The translations under genes were made by a program, and so were the position numbers. Below, one piece after another: positions 55,627-64,000 of a DNA stretch of 64,000 bases. The notes beneath the pieces are model-generated. The model made no database searches. It was not told the origin of the DNA and saw nothing but the letters and a program-made list of their open reading frames with translations. The stretch is from assembly GCF_045037415.1 (NCBI RefSeq), contig NZ_CP173438.1; one strand, 5' to 3'. The stretch comes from Escherichia coli. GTDB lineage: Bacteria > Pseudomonadota > Gammaproteobacteria > Enterobacterales > Enterobacteriaceae. Within the stretch, counting starts at the first letter, position 1. Each line of letters opens with the position of its first letter.

Positions 55627-56538
55627 CTATCCTTTAATTTTCGGATCCAGCGCATCGCGTAAACCATCGCCCAACAAATTGAACGCCAGTACGGTCAGAA
55701 AAATAGCCAGGGCCGGAAATACAGCGACATGCGGCGCGATAACCATATCCGCTCGTGCCTCATTGAGCATTGCACCCCACTCTGGTGTCGGCGGCTGCGC
55801 ACCGAGGCCGAGAAATGACAGGCTGGCGGCAGAGATAATCGAGGTGCCAATGCGCATGGTGAAAAACACCACGATAGAAGAGACGGTCCCAGGCAAGATA
55901 TGACGCAACAAAATGGTCATATCGCTGGCACCAATACTGCGTGCTGACTCGATAAAGGTTTGCTGTTTCAACACCAGCGTGTTGCCGCGCACCAGCCGGG
56001 CAAACGCGGGGATGGAAAAAATGGCGACTGCGATAATCACGTTAGCAATGCCGCTTCCCAACACCGCAACAACAGCGATCGCCAGTAAAATACCCGGGAA
56101 GGCAAACAGCACATCGCAAATGCGCATGATCAGCCGATCCCACCAGCCTTCATAATATCCAGCCAGCAAGCCCAGCAACGTCCCGATCGCCGCACCGATA
56201 AACACGGCAAACACGCCCGCCGCCAGCGAGATTTGCGCACCAACCAGGACACGGCTGAAAATGTCGCGCCCCAGTGAATCGACACCAAACCAGTGCTGCA
56301 AAGAAGGTCCGTTATTCAGATTGTCATAATCAAAATAATTTTCGGCGTCATAGGGAGCGATCCAGCGTGCAAAAATGGCCACCACAATCAATAAAATAAC
56401 GAACAATGCGGCGGTCATCGCCATATGCTGACGGCGAAATCGTCGCCAGAATTCATGCCACGGTGTACGTACCTGGTCAGGTTTGACCAGTGGCATGGCG
56501 TTTAACACCGCCTGACGTCGCCAGTTAAATAGTCGCAT
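55627..56538 (-). CDS. gsiD: Glutathione ABC transporter permease GsiD
   Basis: 303-aa ORF, DppC/OppC-type permease. Confidence 0.9.
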   Translation of the reverse strand: MRLFNWRRQAVLNAMPLVKPDQVRTPWHEFWRRFRRQHMAMTAALFVILLIVVAIFARWIAPYDAENYFDYDNLNNGPSLQHWFGVDSLGRDIFSRVLVGAQISLAAGVFAVFIGAAIGTLLGLLAGYYEGWWDRLIMRICDVLFAFPGILLAIAVVAVLGSGIANVIIAVAIFSIPAFARLVRGNTLVLKQQTFIESARSIGASDMTILLRHILPGTVSSIVVFFTMRIGTSIISAASLSFLGLGAQPPTPEWGAMLNEARADMVIAPHVAVFPALAIFLTVLAFNLLGDGLRDALDPKIKG

Positions 56539-56540
56539 CC

Positions 56541-57461
56541 TTACTTGTACCTGATAGCCGGGTTAATGGCGGCGTAAAGCACATCCACCACTAAGTTGAT
56601 AAGAATAAATTCCAGCGAGAAAAGCAGAATTTCCGCCTGAATCACTGGGTAATCGCGCATTTCTACGGAGTCAACGAGTAAGCGTCCAAGTCCGGGCCAG
56701 TTGAAAACTTTCTCCACCACGATGGAACCACCGAGCAAGAAGCCAAACTGTAAGCCCATCATGGTCACTACCGGGATCATCGCGTTGCGTAGCCCGTGTT
56801 TGAGGACAACCCAGGTTTCGCTCACCCCTTTCGCCCTCGCGGTACGCATATAATCTTCGCTTAAAACGTCGACAAACGACGCGCGGGTAAAGCGCGCCAT
56901 CACGGCGGCCACTGCCGCGCCGAGCGTCAGGGAGGGTAAAATGTAGTGCTGCCAACTGTCTGCTCCCACGGTAGGCAGCCAGCCCAGTTCAACGGAGAAT
57001 ACCTGAATTAAAAGTATCCCCAGAGCAAATGCCGGAAACGAGATCCCCGACACCGCAATGGTCATACTCAATCGATCCGGCCAACGGTTACGCCAGACGG
57101 CGGCGATAATTCCCGCCGCCATACCAAATATCACCGCCCAGACCATACTGGTTATGGTCAGCCAGAGCGTTGGCATAAAGCGGCTGGCAATCTCATCGGC
57201 AACCGGACGACGCGACACCATCGACAGGCCAAAATCCCCCTGCACAGCATTGCTGATATAGTGCCAGAACTGGTGATACAGCGGCTGATCCAACCCCAAC
57301 TGCTGACGCACCAGTTCTATAACCTGCGCATCAGCTTCGGGCCCGGCAATCAATCGCGCCGGATCGCCGGGCAGCATATGGACAAATAAAAACACCAGCA
57401 CCGAGACGATAAACAGCGTCGGAATCAACCCCAGTAAGCGTTTGATAACGTAATTAAGCAT
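56541..57461 (-). CDS. gsiC: Glutathione ABC transporter permease GsiC
   Basis: 306-aa ORF, DppB/OppB-type permease. Confidence 0.9.
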   Translation of the reverse strand: MLNYVIKRLLGLIPTLFIVSVLVFLFVHMLPGDPARLIAGPEADAQVIELVRQQLGLDQPLYHQFWHYISNAVQGDFGLSMVSRRPVADEIASRFMPTLWLTITSMVWAVIFGMAAGIIAAVWRNRWPDRLSMTIAVSGISFPAFALGILLIQVFSVELGWLPTVGADSWQHYILPSLTLGAAVAAVMARFTRASFVDVLSEDYMRTARAKGVSETWVVLKHGLRNAMIPVVTMMGLQFGFLLGGSIVVEKVFNWPGLGRLLVDSVEMRDYPVIQAEILLFSLEFILINLVVDVLYAAINPAIRYK

Positions 57462-57478
57462 TCCACTCCCTGCGTTGC

Positions 57479-59017
57479 TTATTGCAAATCCGCGTCTTCA
57501 AAGCTGAAGCCGGTGTCTGGCATGATCCAAAAACCGGTCAGGTTTTTACTGTGTGCCGACACCAGTTTTTCTACCACCAGCGGGATCCACGGCGACTCTT
57601 GCCAGATGATATCCTGCGCCGCCTTATACAAGCGGGTCTTTTCCGCCGGATCATTAGTTTTCAGTGCCTGAGCCAGGAAGTCATCCACCTGTTTATTGCT
57701 GTAAAACGCGGTATTAAACAGCGTTGGTGGCCAGTTCTGCGAGGCAAACAGCGGCGATAGAGCCCAGTCGGCTTCGCCGGTTGAAGCCGACCAGCCAGTG
57801 TAGAACATCCGCACGCAGCTCTCTTTTTGCCCTTTACCTTCAACTTCTGCCGCCCGCTGTCCGGCATCCATCGCAGTCACCTGGGCTTTAATCCCAACCT
57901 GCGCTAACTGCTGCTGGGTAAATTGCAGCACTTTCTGCGCGGTGCTGTGGTTATGTGACGACCACAGCGTGGTACTGAAACCGTTGGGATATCCCGCCTC
58001 TTTCAGTAATTCGCGCGCTTTCACTGGATCGTAAGGCCACGGTTTATAACTTTGCGCGTAGGCGATACTCGGCGGTACCACACCAGTAGCTGGCGTTGCA
58101 TAGCCCGCGAAGGCCACTTTCACCAGCGCCGGGCGGTTAATGGCGTAATTCAGCGCCTCACGGACCTTCGGGTTATCGAACGGCTTTTGCGTCACGTTCA
58201 TACTGATATAACGCTGCATAATTGACGGACTGGCCATCAACTCGATATTTTTGTTTTTCTCCAGCAGTGCGGCCTGCTCGTAGGGAATGGGGAAAGCAAA
58301 CTGCGCTTCACCGGTTTGCAGCATTGCCGCGCGGGTGTTGTTATCCGCCACCGGACGCCAGGTTATGCTGTCCAGTTTGGGCAATCCTGGCTGCCAGTAA
58401 CCCGCGAATTTTTTCACCTTCACAAAATCGGTCTGATTCCAGGTATCCAGTTCATACGGCCCGGTTCCCACCGGATGAAAACCAATCTCCTTGCCATATT
58501 TTTCCAGCGCTGCCGGTGATATCATCGCGGTCGCCGGATGGGCAAGAATATTAATAAACGCTGAGAATGGCTGTTTGAGGGTAATCTTTACCGTTGTCGG
58601 ATCGATCGCTTCCGTTTTGGCGATATTCTTATACAGGTTATAGCGTTTAAGATGATTCGCCGGATCGCTGGCCCGGTCCAGATTCGCTTTCACCGCCGCT
58701 GCGTTGAAATCGGTGCCATCCTGGAATTTAATGCCTTCCCGCAATTTCACGGTGTAAGTAAGGCCGTCATCGGAAACGGTGTAACTCTCCGCCAGCACGT
58801 TTTTCAGTTTCATCTCTTTATCCAGACCGAACAGCCCCTGGTAAAACGATTTCGCTACGGCCTGAGATAACGTGTCATTTGCGTCATACGGATCGAGCGT
58901 GGTGAAGTTCGATCCCACCGCCACCACCACCTCTTTGGCAGCGAATGCACAAGATGCCATCAACGCTGTCGCAATGCCCAGCGCCACTAACCCACTACGG
59001 TGTACAGCTCTTGCCAT
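57479..59017 (-). CDS. gsiB: Glutathione-binding periplasmic protein GsiB (512 aa)
   Basis: ORF 57479..59284; signal-peptide N-terminus [26 protein letters not shown] at ATG 59017. Confidence 0.9.
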   Translation of the reverse strand: MARAVHRSGLVALGIATALMASCAFAAKEVVVAVGSNFTTLDPYDANDTLSQAVAKSFYQGLFGLDKEMKLKNVLAESYTVSDDGLTYTVKLREGIKFQDGTDFNAAAVKANLDRASDPANHLKRYNLYKNIAKTEAIDPTTVKITLKQPFSAFINILAHPATAMISPAALEKYGKEIGFHPVGTGPYELDTWNQTDFVKVKKFAGYWQPGLPKLDSITWRPVADNNTRAAMLQTGEAQFAFPIPYEQAALLEKNKNIELMASPSIMQRYISMNVTQKPFDNPKVREALNYAINRPALVKVAFAGYATPATGVVPPSIAYAQSYKPWPYDPVKARELLKEAGYPNGFSTTLWSSHNHSTAQKVLQFTQQQLAQVGIKAQVTAMDAGQRAAEVEGKGQKESCVRMFYTGWSASTGEADWALSPLFASQNWPPTLFNTAFYSNKQVDDFLAQALKTNDPAEKTRLYKAAQDIIWQESPWIPLVVEKLVSAHSKNLTGFWIMPDTGFSFEDADLQ

Positions 59018-59036
59018 TTTATTCTCCGCCTGAATG

Positions 59037-60908
59037 TTATCTACGCATGAATGCGTATTCTGATTGTGGTTGTGCGACGTAATGCCCCGGCCCGACGCAT
59101 TGCAACGAGACGGCTGCAACCTCTTCGCCACGCAGATGAATATTGCTGGGAAGATCGTCCGACAGCAGTACACGCTGCGGTCGTTGTCGGGACGGTTCAG
59201 CGACCGGAACTGCCGCCAGTAATTTACGCGTATAAGGATGCTGCGGATTTTCAAAGACCGCGCGCCGTGGACCAATTTCAACAATTTGCCCGAGATACAT
59301 CACCGCCACACGATGACTAATCCGCTCAACCACGGCCATATCGTGGGAGATAAACAGATACGCAATGCCGAAATCACGCTGGAGATCGAGCAACAAGTTG
59401 ATAATCTGCCCGCGAATAGAAACATCCAGCGCCGAGACGGCTTCGTCGGCAATGATCACTTTTGGATTCAATGCCAACGCGCGAGCAATGCAGATGCGCT
59501 GGCGCTGACCGCCGGAAAACTCATGTGGGTAACGCCAGGCATGTTCCGGTAACAGGCCCACGCGCTCCAGCAACCACGCAACGCGTGCAGCCGCTTCTTT
59601 ACCTGGCAATAAACCGTGTACGCGCAGCGGTTCGAGAATCGAATCACCGATAGTCTGACGTGGGTCCAGCGAAGCGTAAGGGTCCTGAAAAATAAACTGA
59701 ATATCGCGGCGCAATGCCTGAAGTTTACCGGGTGACAAGGTATCGATTCGCTGACCGTTAAAGATAATTTCGCCGCCCTGCGATTCGACCAGGCGCAACA
59801 ACGCCCGCCCGGTAGTGGATTTACCGCTGCCAGACTCGCCCACCAGCGATAGCGTTTCGCCAGGCCAGAGATCAAAACTGACTTTCTCAACGGCATGCAC
59901 TTCCCGCGTTACGCGATTCAACAAACCGCTGCGCAAAGGGAAACGGGTGACCAGATTACGCACCCGTAAAACAGGTTCGCCATCCACCACCGTTTTCTGC
60001 TCGATGGATGACTCCTGTTTCGCTGGATGTTCAAGCGATATCAATGGGAAACGTCGGGGATAATCTAACCCTTTCATCGCACCAAGTTGCGGAACAGCAG
60101 CTAACAGCGCACGGGTATAAGGATGTTGCGGTGCATGAAAAATCTGTTCGACGCTACCCGTTTCCACCGCCTCGCCCTGATACATCACCAGTACCCGATC
60201 GGCAATCTCTGCCACCACACCCATATCGTGAGTGATAAAGATAACGCCCATCGACATCTCTTTTTGCAATACTTTGATTAATTGCAGGATCTGCGCCTGA
60301 ATAGTGACATCCAGCGCGGTGGTTGGCTCATCGGCAATCAGCACCGCCGGGCGGCATGACAGCGCCATCGCAATCATCACTCGCTGGCGCATCCCGCCAG
60401 AGAGTTGATGCGGATAACGTGAAAGAATGGTTTGTGCCTCCGGAATGCGTACCTGATCCAGCATCCGCTTCGCCTCGACCATCGCTTCTTCACGACTGGC
60501 GTTCTGATGCAGACGAATAGATTCAGCAATCTGTTCACCCACAGTAAATACCGGGTTCAGCGATGTCATCGGCTCCTGAAATATCATCGCCATATCCGCA
60601 CCGCGCACATGGCGCATTTGTGCAGCGCTCTGCTCGCTAAGTTCAATTACTTCGCGACTGCGCCGCTGCAACAGCATTTTATCGCACTGCACTAAACCGC
60701 CCGCCTGTTCCAACAGGCGCATCAATGCCAGCGCAGTCACTGACTTACCGGAGCCGGATTCGCCAACAATTGCCAGCGTCTCACCACGTTGCAGGCTAAA
60801 AGAGAGATTGCGGACCGCAGCTATTTTCTGCTGCTCCTGCATAAAGGCAATATTCAGATTTTCAACCGCCAGCACATCACCGGCATCAAGTTCATCACTG
60901 TGTGGCAA
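59037..60908 (-). CDS. gsiA: Glutathione ABC transporter ATP-binding protein GsiA (two ABC domains), 623 aa
   Basis: ORF 59037..61016; known N-terminus (M)PHSDELDAG corresponds to a TTG at 60906-60908 preceded by aaggggac; two Walker A motifs GESGSGKS; overlaps the iaaA 3' end. Confidence 0.82.
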   Translation of the reverse strand: MPHSDELDAGDVLAVENLNIAFMQEQQKIAAVRNLSFSLQRGETLAIVGESGSGKSVTALALMRLLEQAGGLVQCDKMLLQRRSREVIELSEQSAAQMRHVRGADMAMIFQEPMTSLNPVFTVGEQIAESIRLHQNASREEAMVEAKRMLDQVRIPEAQTILSRYPHQLSGGMRQRVMIAMALSCRPAVLIADEPTTALDVTIQAQILQLIKVLQKEMSMGVIFITHDMGVVAEIADRVLVMYQGEAVETGSVEQIFHAPQHPYTRALLAAVPQLGAMKGLDYPRRFPLISLEHPAKQESSIEQKTVVDGEPVLRVRNLVTRFPLRSGLLNRVTREVHAVEKVSFDLWPGETLSLVGESGSGKSTTGRALLRLVESQGGEIIFNGQRIDTLSPGKLQALRRDIQFIFQDPYASLDPRQTIGDSILEPLRVHGLLPGKEAAARVAWLLERVGLLPEHAWRYPHEFSGGQRQRICIARALALNPKVIIADEAVSALDVSIRGQIINLLLDLQRDFGIAYLFISHDMAVVERISHRVAVMYLGQIVEIGPRRAVFENPQHPYTRKLLAAVPVAEPSRQRPQRVLLSDDLPSNIHLRGEEVAAVSLQCVGPGHYVAQPQSEYAFMRR

Positions 60909-61860
60909 CGGTGTCCCCTTTTTCACGGTAGATACCGGTGGTTGGCGTATCGCCTGCGTAGCCCCAGGCGCGATACATTCCTTCGGTGTTAAACGGTAGC
61001 GCGACATTCCCTTCATGGTCGATAGCGATTAAGCCACCGCTACCGCCAAGCGCAGGGAGTTTTTCCATTACTACCCGCTCGCAGGCTTCCGCGAGACTTA
61101 ATCCGCCGTAATCCATTAACGCGGCGATATCATATGCCGCCAGCGCGCGGATGAAGACTTCGCCCGTACCGGTACAGGAAACCGCCACACTGGCGTTATT
61201 GGCATAGCATCCGGCCCCCACTAAGGGACTATCGCCAACTCGTCCGGGTAATTTATTGGTCATTCCGCCCGTGGACGTGGCTGCCGCCAGATTGCCGTCT
61301 AAATCCAACGCCACGGCCCCTACGGTGCCCATTTTCTGTTTTTCATCCAGTGGCGCACCGCTATGGTCGAGGACTGTTGCCCCTTCCTCGCGCGCTGCCA
61401 TTAGTTGTTCATAACGCAAAGGTGTGGAGAAAATCTCCGGCGAGACGCGCTCCATGCCATGAGCAAACGCAAAATTTTCTGCCCCTTCGCCAATCATCAT
61501 CACATGCGGGCTTTGCTCCATCACCAGCCGGGCGGCAAGAACCGGATTACGCAGATGACTAACGCCCGCCACCGCACCGGCTTTCAGGGTGTTACCATCC
61601 ATCAGACAGGCGTCCAGTTCATGGGTTTCATCACGCGTAAAGACAGCGCCAATTCCGGCGTTAAACAGTGGACACTCTTCCAGCAGACGCACCGCTTCCG
61701 TCACCACATCCAGCGCACTTTCGCCCGCTACCAGCATTTTCTGCCCGGTTTCAACAATGGCAGACAACGCCTCGATGTAGCGTAATTCCTGTTGCAGACT
61801 CATCTGCGCGCGGCTAATTGCACCTGCGCCACCATGAATTGCAATGACTGCTTTGCCCAT
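60895..61860 (-). CDS. iaaA: Isoaspartyl dipeptidase / L-asparaginase family protein IaaA
   Basis: 321-aa ORF; Ntn-hydrolase with nucleophile-Thr motif region GTVGAVALD. Confidence 0.9.
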   Translation of the reverse strand: MGKAVIAIHGGAGAISRAQMSLQQELRYIEALSAIVETGQKMLVAGESALDVVTEAVRLLEECPLFNAGIGAVFTRDETHELDACLMDGNTLKAGAVAGVSHLRNPVLAARLVMEQSPHVMMIGEGAENFAFAHGMERVSPEIFSTPLRYEQLMAAREEGATVLDHSGAPLDEKQKMGTVGAVALDLDGNLAAATSTGGMTNKLPGRVGDSPLVGAGCYANNASVAVSCTGTGEVFIRALAAYDIAALMDYGGLSLAEACERVVMEKLPALGGSGGLIAIDHEGNVALPFNTEGMYRAWGYAGDTPTTGIYREKGDTVATQ

Positions 61861-62063
61861 AGTATTCGTCCATTAAGAGTGGCTCGCCACTTTTGCTATA
61901 AATATCAGAATTTTTATGAATGACTCATTCAATTTTTGAATATAGAAAGATGGATATGGCATGTAAAGGCAGGAGCCAGCGCTACGCCCGAGGTGGCATA
62001 CAGTCTGTGGCGTTTTTCTGACATAATAGGCAAATTCGATTTTGCCTCCGCAGGAGTGTTTTC

Positions 62064-63299
62064 ATGGAATTTACCACCGGATTGATGTCGCTCGACACCG
62101 CGCTTAATGAGATGCTTTCTCGCGTTACCCCACTGACCGCCCAGGAAACGCTGCCACTGGTTCAGTGTTTTGGCCGTATTCTGGCGAGCGATGTCGTTTC
62201 GCCACTGGATGTCCCGGGGTTTGATAACTCCGCTATGGACGGCTACGCGGTGCGTTTAGCCGATATTGCCTCCGGGCAACCGCTGCCCGTTGCTGGTAAA
62301 TCCTTTGCCGGTCAGCCGTACCATGGTGAATGGCCTGCGGGTACCTGCATTCGTATTATGACCGGTGCGCCGGTGCCGGAAGGCTGCGAAGCGGTGGTGA
62401 TGCAGGAGCAGACTGAACAAACGGACAATGGCGTGCGTTTTACTGCTGAAGCGCGTAGCGGGCAAAATATTCGCCGTCGCGGTGAAGATATCTCTGCAGG
62501 TGCGGTTGTTTTCCCGGCGGGGACTCGCCTGACTACCGCTGAACTGCCAGTGATTGCTTCGCTAGGGATTGCCGAAGTTCCGGTGATTCGTAAAGTGCGT
62601 GTAGCGCTTTTTTCTACCGGTGATGAACTCCAGTTGCCCGGTCAGCCGCTGGGCGACGGCCAAATCTACGATACCAACCGTCTCGCCGTACACCTGATGT
62701 TAGAACAGTTGGGATGCGAGGTAATCAACTTAGGGATTATCCGCGACGATCCCCATGCCCTGCGCGCCGCATTTATTGAAGCCGACAGCCAGGCGGATGT
62801 GGTGATCAGTTCCGGCGGTGTTTCAGTGGGTGAAGCGGATTACACCAAAACGATTCTTGAAGAGCTGGGGGAGATCGCCTTCTGGAAACTGGCGATTAAA
62901 CCGGGTAAACCGTTCGCGTTCGGTAAACTTTCTAATAGTTGGTTCTGCGGCCTGCCGGGCAACCCGGTTTCAGCGACGCTGACCTTCTATCAACTGGTAC
63001 AGCCTTTGCTGGCAAAACTAAGCGGCAATACCGCCAGCGGCCTGCCCGCGCGCCAGCGTGTACGCACGGCATCGCCTCTGAAGAAATCGCCAGGACGCCT
63101 TGATTTCCAGCGCGGCGTGCTGCAACGCAACGCCGATGGCGAACTGGAAGTGACGACCACCGGACATCAGGGTTCACATATATTTAGCTCCTTTAGCCTC
63201 GGCAACTGCTTTATCGTGCTGGAACGCGATCGCGGCAATGTGGAAGTGGGCGAATGGGTGGAAGTAGAACCGTTTAACGCGTTGTTCGGAGGCCTGTAA
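62064..63299 (+). CDS. moeA: Molybdopterin molybdenumtransferase MoeA
   Basis: 411-aa ORF recognised as MoeA. Confidence 0.95.
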   Translation: MEFTTGLMSLDTALNEMLSRVTPLTAQETLPLVQCFGRILASDVVSPLDVPGFDNSAMDGYAVRLADIASGQPLPVAGKSFAGQPYHGEWPAGTCIRIMTGAPVPEGCEAVVMQEQTEQTDNGVRFTAEARSGQNIRRRGEDISAGAVVFPAGTRLTTAELPVIASLGIAEVPVIRKVRVALFSTGDELQLPGQPLGDGQIYDTNRLAVHLMLEQLGCEVINLGIIRDDPHALRAAFIEADSQADVVISSGGVSVGEADYTKTILEELGEIAFWKLAIKPGKPFAFGKLSNSWFCGLPGNPVSATLTFYQLVQPLLAKLSGNTASGLPARQRVRTASPLKKSPGRLDFQRGVLQRNADGELEVTTTGHQGSHIFSSFSLGNCFIVLERDRGNVEVGEWVEVEPFNALFGGL

Positions 63300-64000
63300 T
63301 GGCGGAACTCAGCGATCAGGAGATGCTGCGCTACAACCGGCAAATCATTCTGCGCGGTTTTGATTTTGACGGTCAGGAAGCATTGAAAGATTCTCGCGTG
63401 CTGGTCGTCGGCCTTGGTGGACTCGGCTGCGCAGCTTCGCAGTATCTGGCAAGCGCCGGTGTCGGCAACCTGACGCTGCTCGACTTCGACACGGTTTCGC
63501 TCTCCAATCTGCAACGCCAGACGCTGCACAGTGATGCCACGGTCGGGCAACCAAAGGTGGAATCCGCCCGTGACGCCCTGACGCGGATCAACCCACATAT
63601 CGCGATTACGCCAGTCAATGCGCTGCTTGATGACGCTGAACTTGCTGCGATGATTGCAAAACACGATCTGGTGCTCGACTGTACGGATAACGTTGCAGTA
63701 CGTAATCAACTGAACGCAGGCTGTTTTGCCGCGAAGGTGCCGCTGGTTTCCGGCGCGGCAATTCGTATGGAAGGGCAAATCACGGTCTTCACTTATCAGG
63801 ACGGCGAACCGTGCTATCGCTGCCTTAGCCGTTTGTTTGGCGAGAACGCGTTAACCTGCGTAGAAGCAGGCGTGATGGCACCGTTAATCGGCGTAATTGG
63901 TTCGTTGCAGGCAATGGAAGCGATCAAACTGCTGGCAGGTTATGGCAAACCAGCCAGCGGGAAAATCGTGATGTACGATGCGATGACCTGTCAGTTTCGC
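63299..64000 (+). CDS. moeB: Molybdopterin-synthase adenylyltransferase MoeB, 3'-truncated by window edge
   Basis: ATG at 63299 overlapping the moeA stop (TAATG); my translation gives [44 protein letters not shown] (ThiF/MoeB Rossmann); open to the end of the window. Confidence 0.9.
   Translation, partial: MAELSDQEMLRYNRQIILRGFDFDGQEALKDSRVLVVGLGGLGCAASQYLASAGVGNLTLLDFDTVSLSNLQRQTLHSDATVGQPKVESARDALTRINPHIAITPVNALLDDAELAAMIAKHDLVLDCTDNVAVRNQLNAGCFAAKVPLVSGAAIRMEGQITVFTYQDGEPCYRCLSRLFGENALTCVEAGVMAPLIGVIGSLQAMEAIKLLAGYGKPASGKIVMYDAMTCQFR

Noticed and set aside
59037-61016. Upstream ATG (61016) as the gsiA start, giving a 659-aa protein
   Set aside because: That would put 36 codons inside the iaaA coding region, and the recognised GsiA N-terminus begins at the TTG at 60908; the shorter form is preferred, with uncertainty stated.

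Overview
This window matches, gene for gene and in the same order, the Escherichia coli K-12 chromosomal segment running cydC-aat-infA-serW-clpA-clpS-cspD-macBA-ybjX-ybjD-aqpZ-lysO-hcp-hcr-poxB-ltaE-ybjT-ybjS-amiD-ybjQ-ybjP-artPIQM-artJ-rlmC-ybjO-potIHGF-ybjN-rimK-nfsA-ybjC-grxA-ybjM-ybjL-rybB-rcdA-ybjJ-ybjI-ybjH-mdfA-ybjG-deoR-dacC-gstB-yliI-bssR-rimO-dgcI-pdeI-gsiDCBA-iaaA-moeA-moeB, presented in the opposite orientation to the reference. The identification is from memory of the protein sequences and gene order; no database search was run. I annotate about 60 protein-coding genes (start codons refined from the ORF track where the known N-terminus is internal to the listed ORF), one tRNA-Ser(GGA), the sigma-E-dependent sRNA RybB, one REP element, and several rho-independent terminators and operator-like sites. 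Gene lengths and intergenic distances leave no room for an inserted island: I see no integrase, transposase, IS element, CRISPR array or prophage remnant. I therefore do not find a new multi-gene system here; this looks like ordinary core chromosome. The items most worth a second look are: (1) ybjD, an OLD-family ATPase/Toprim nuclease homolog of unknown role sitting in the core genome; (2) a GC-rich, strongly structured element between aqpZ and lysO with a perfect 14-bp inverted repeat; (3) a perfect 21-bp direct repeat, each copy with an internal palindrome, between the convergent 3' ends of serW and clpA; (4) the visibly AT-rich pdeI-dgcI c-di-GMP gene pair; (5) three convergent gene pairs whose stop codons overlap by 4 nt. 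Composition statements are by eye, not computed.
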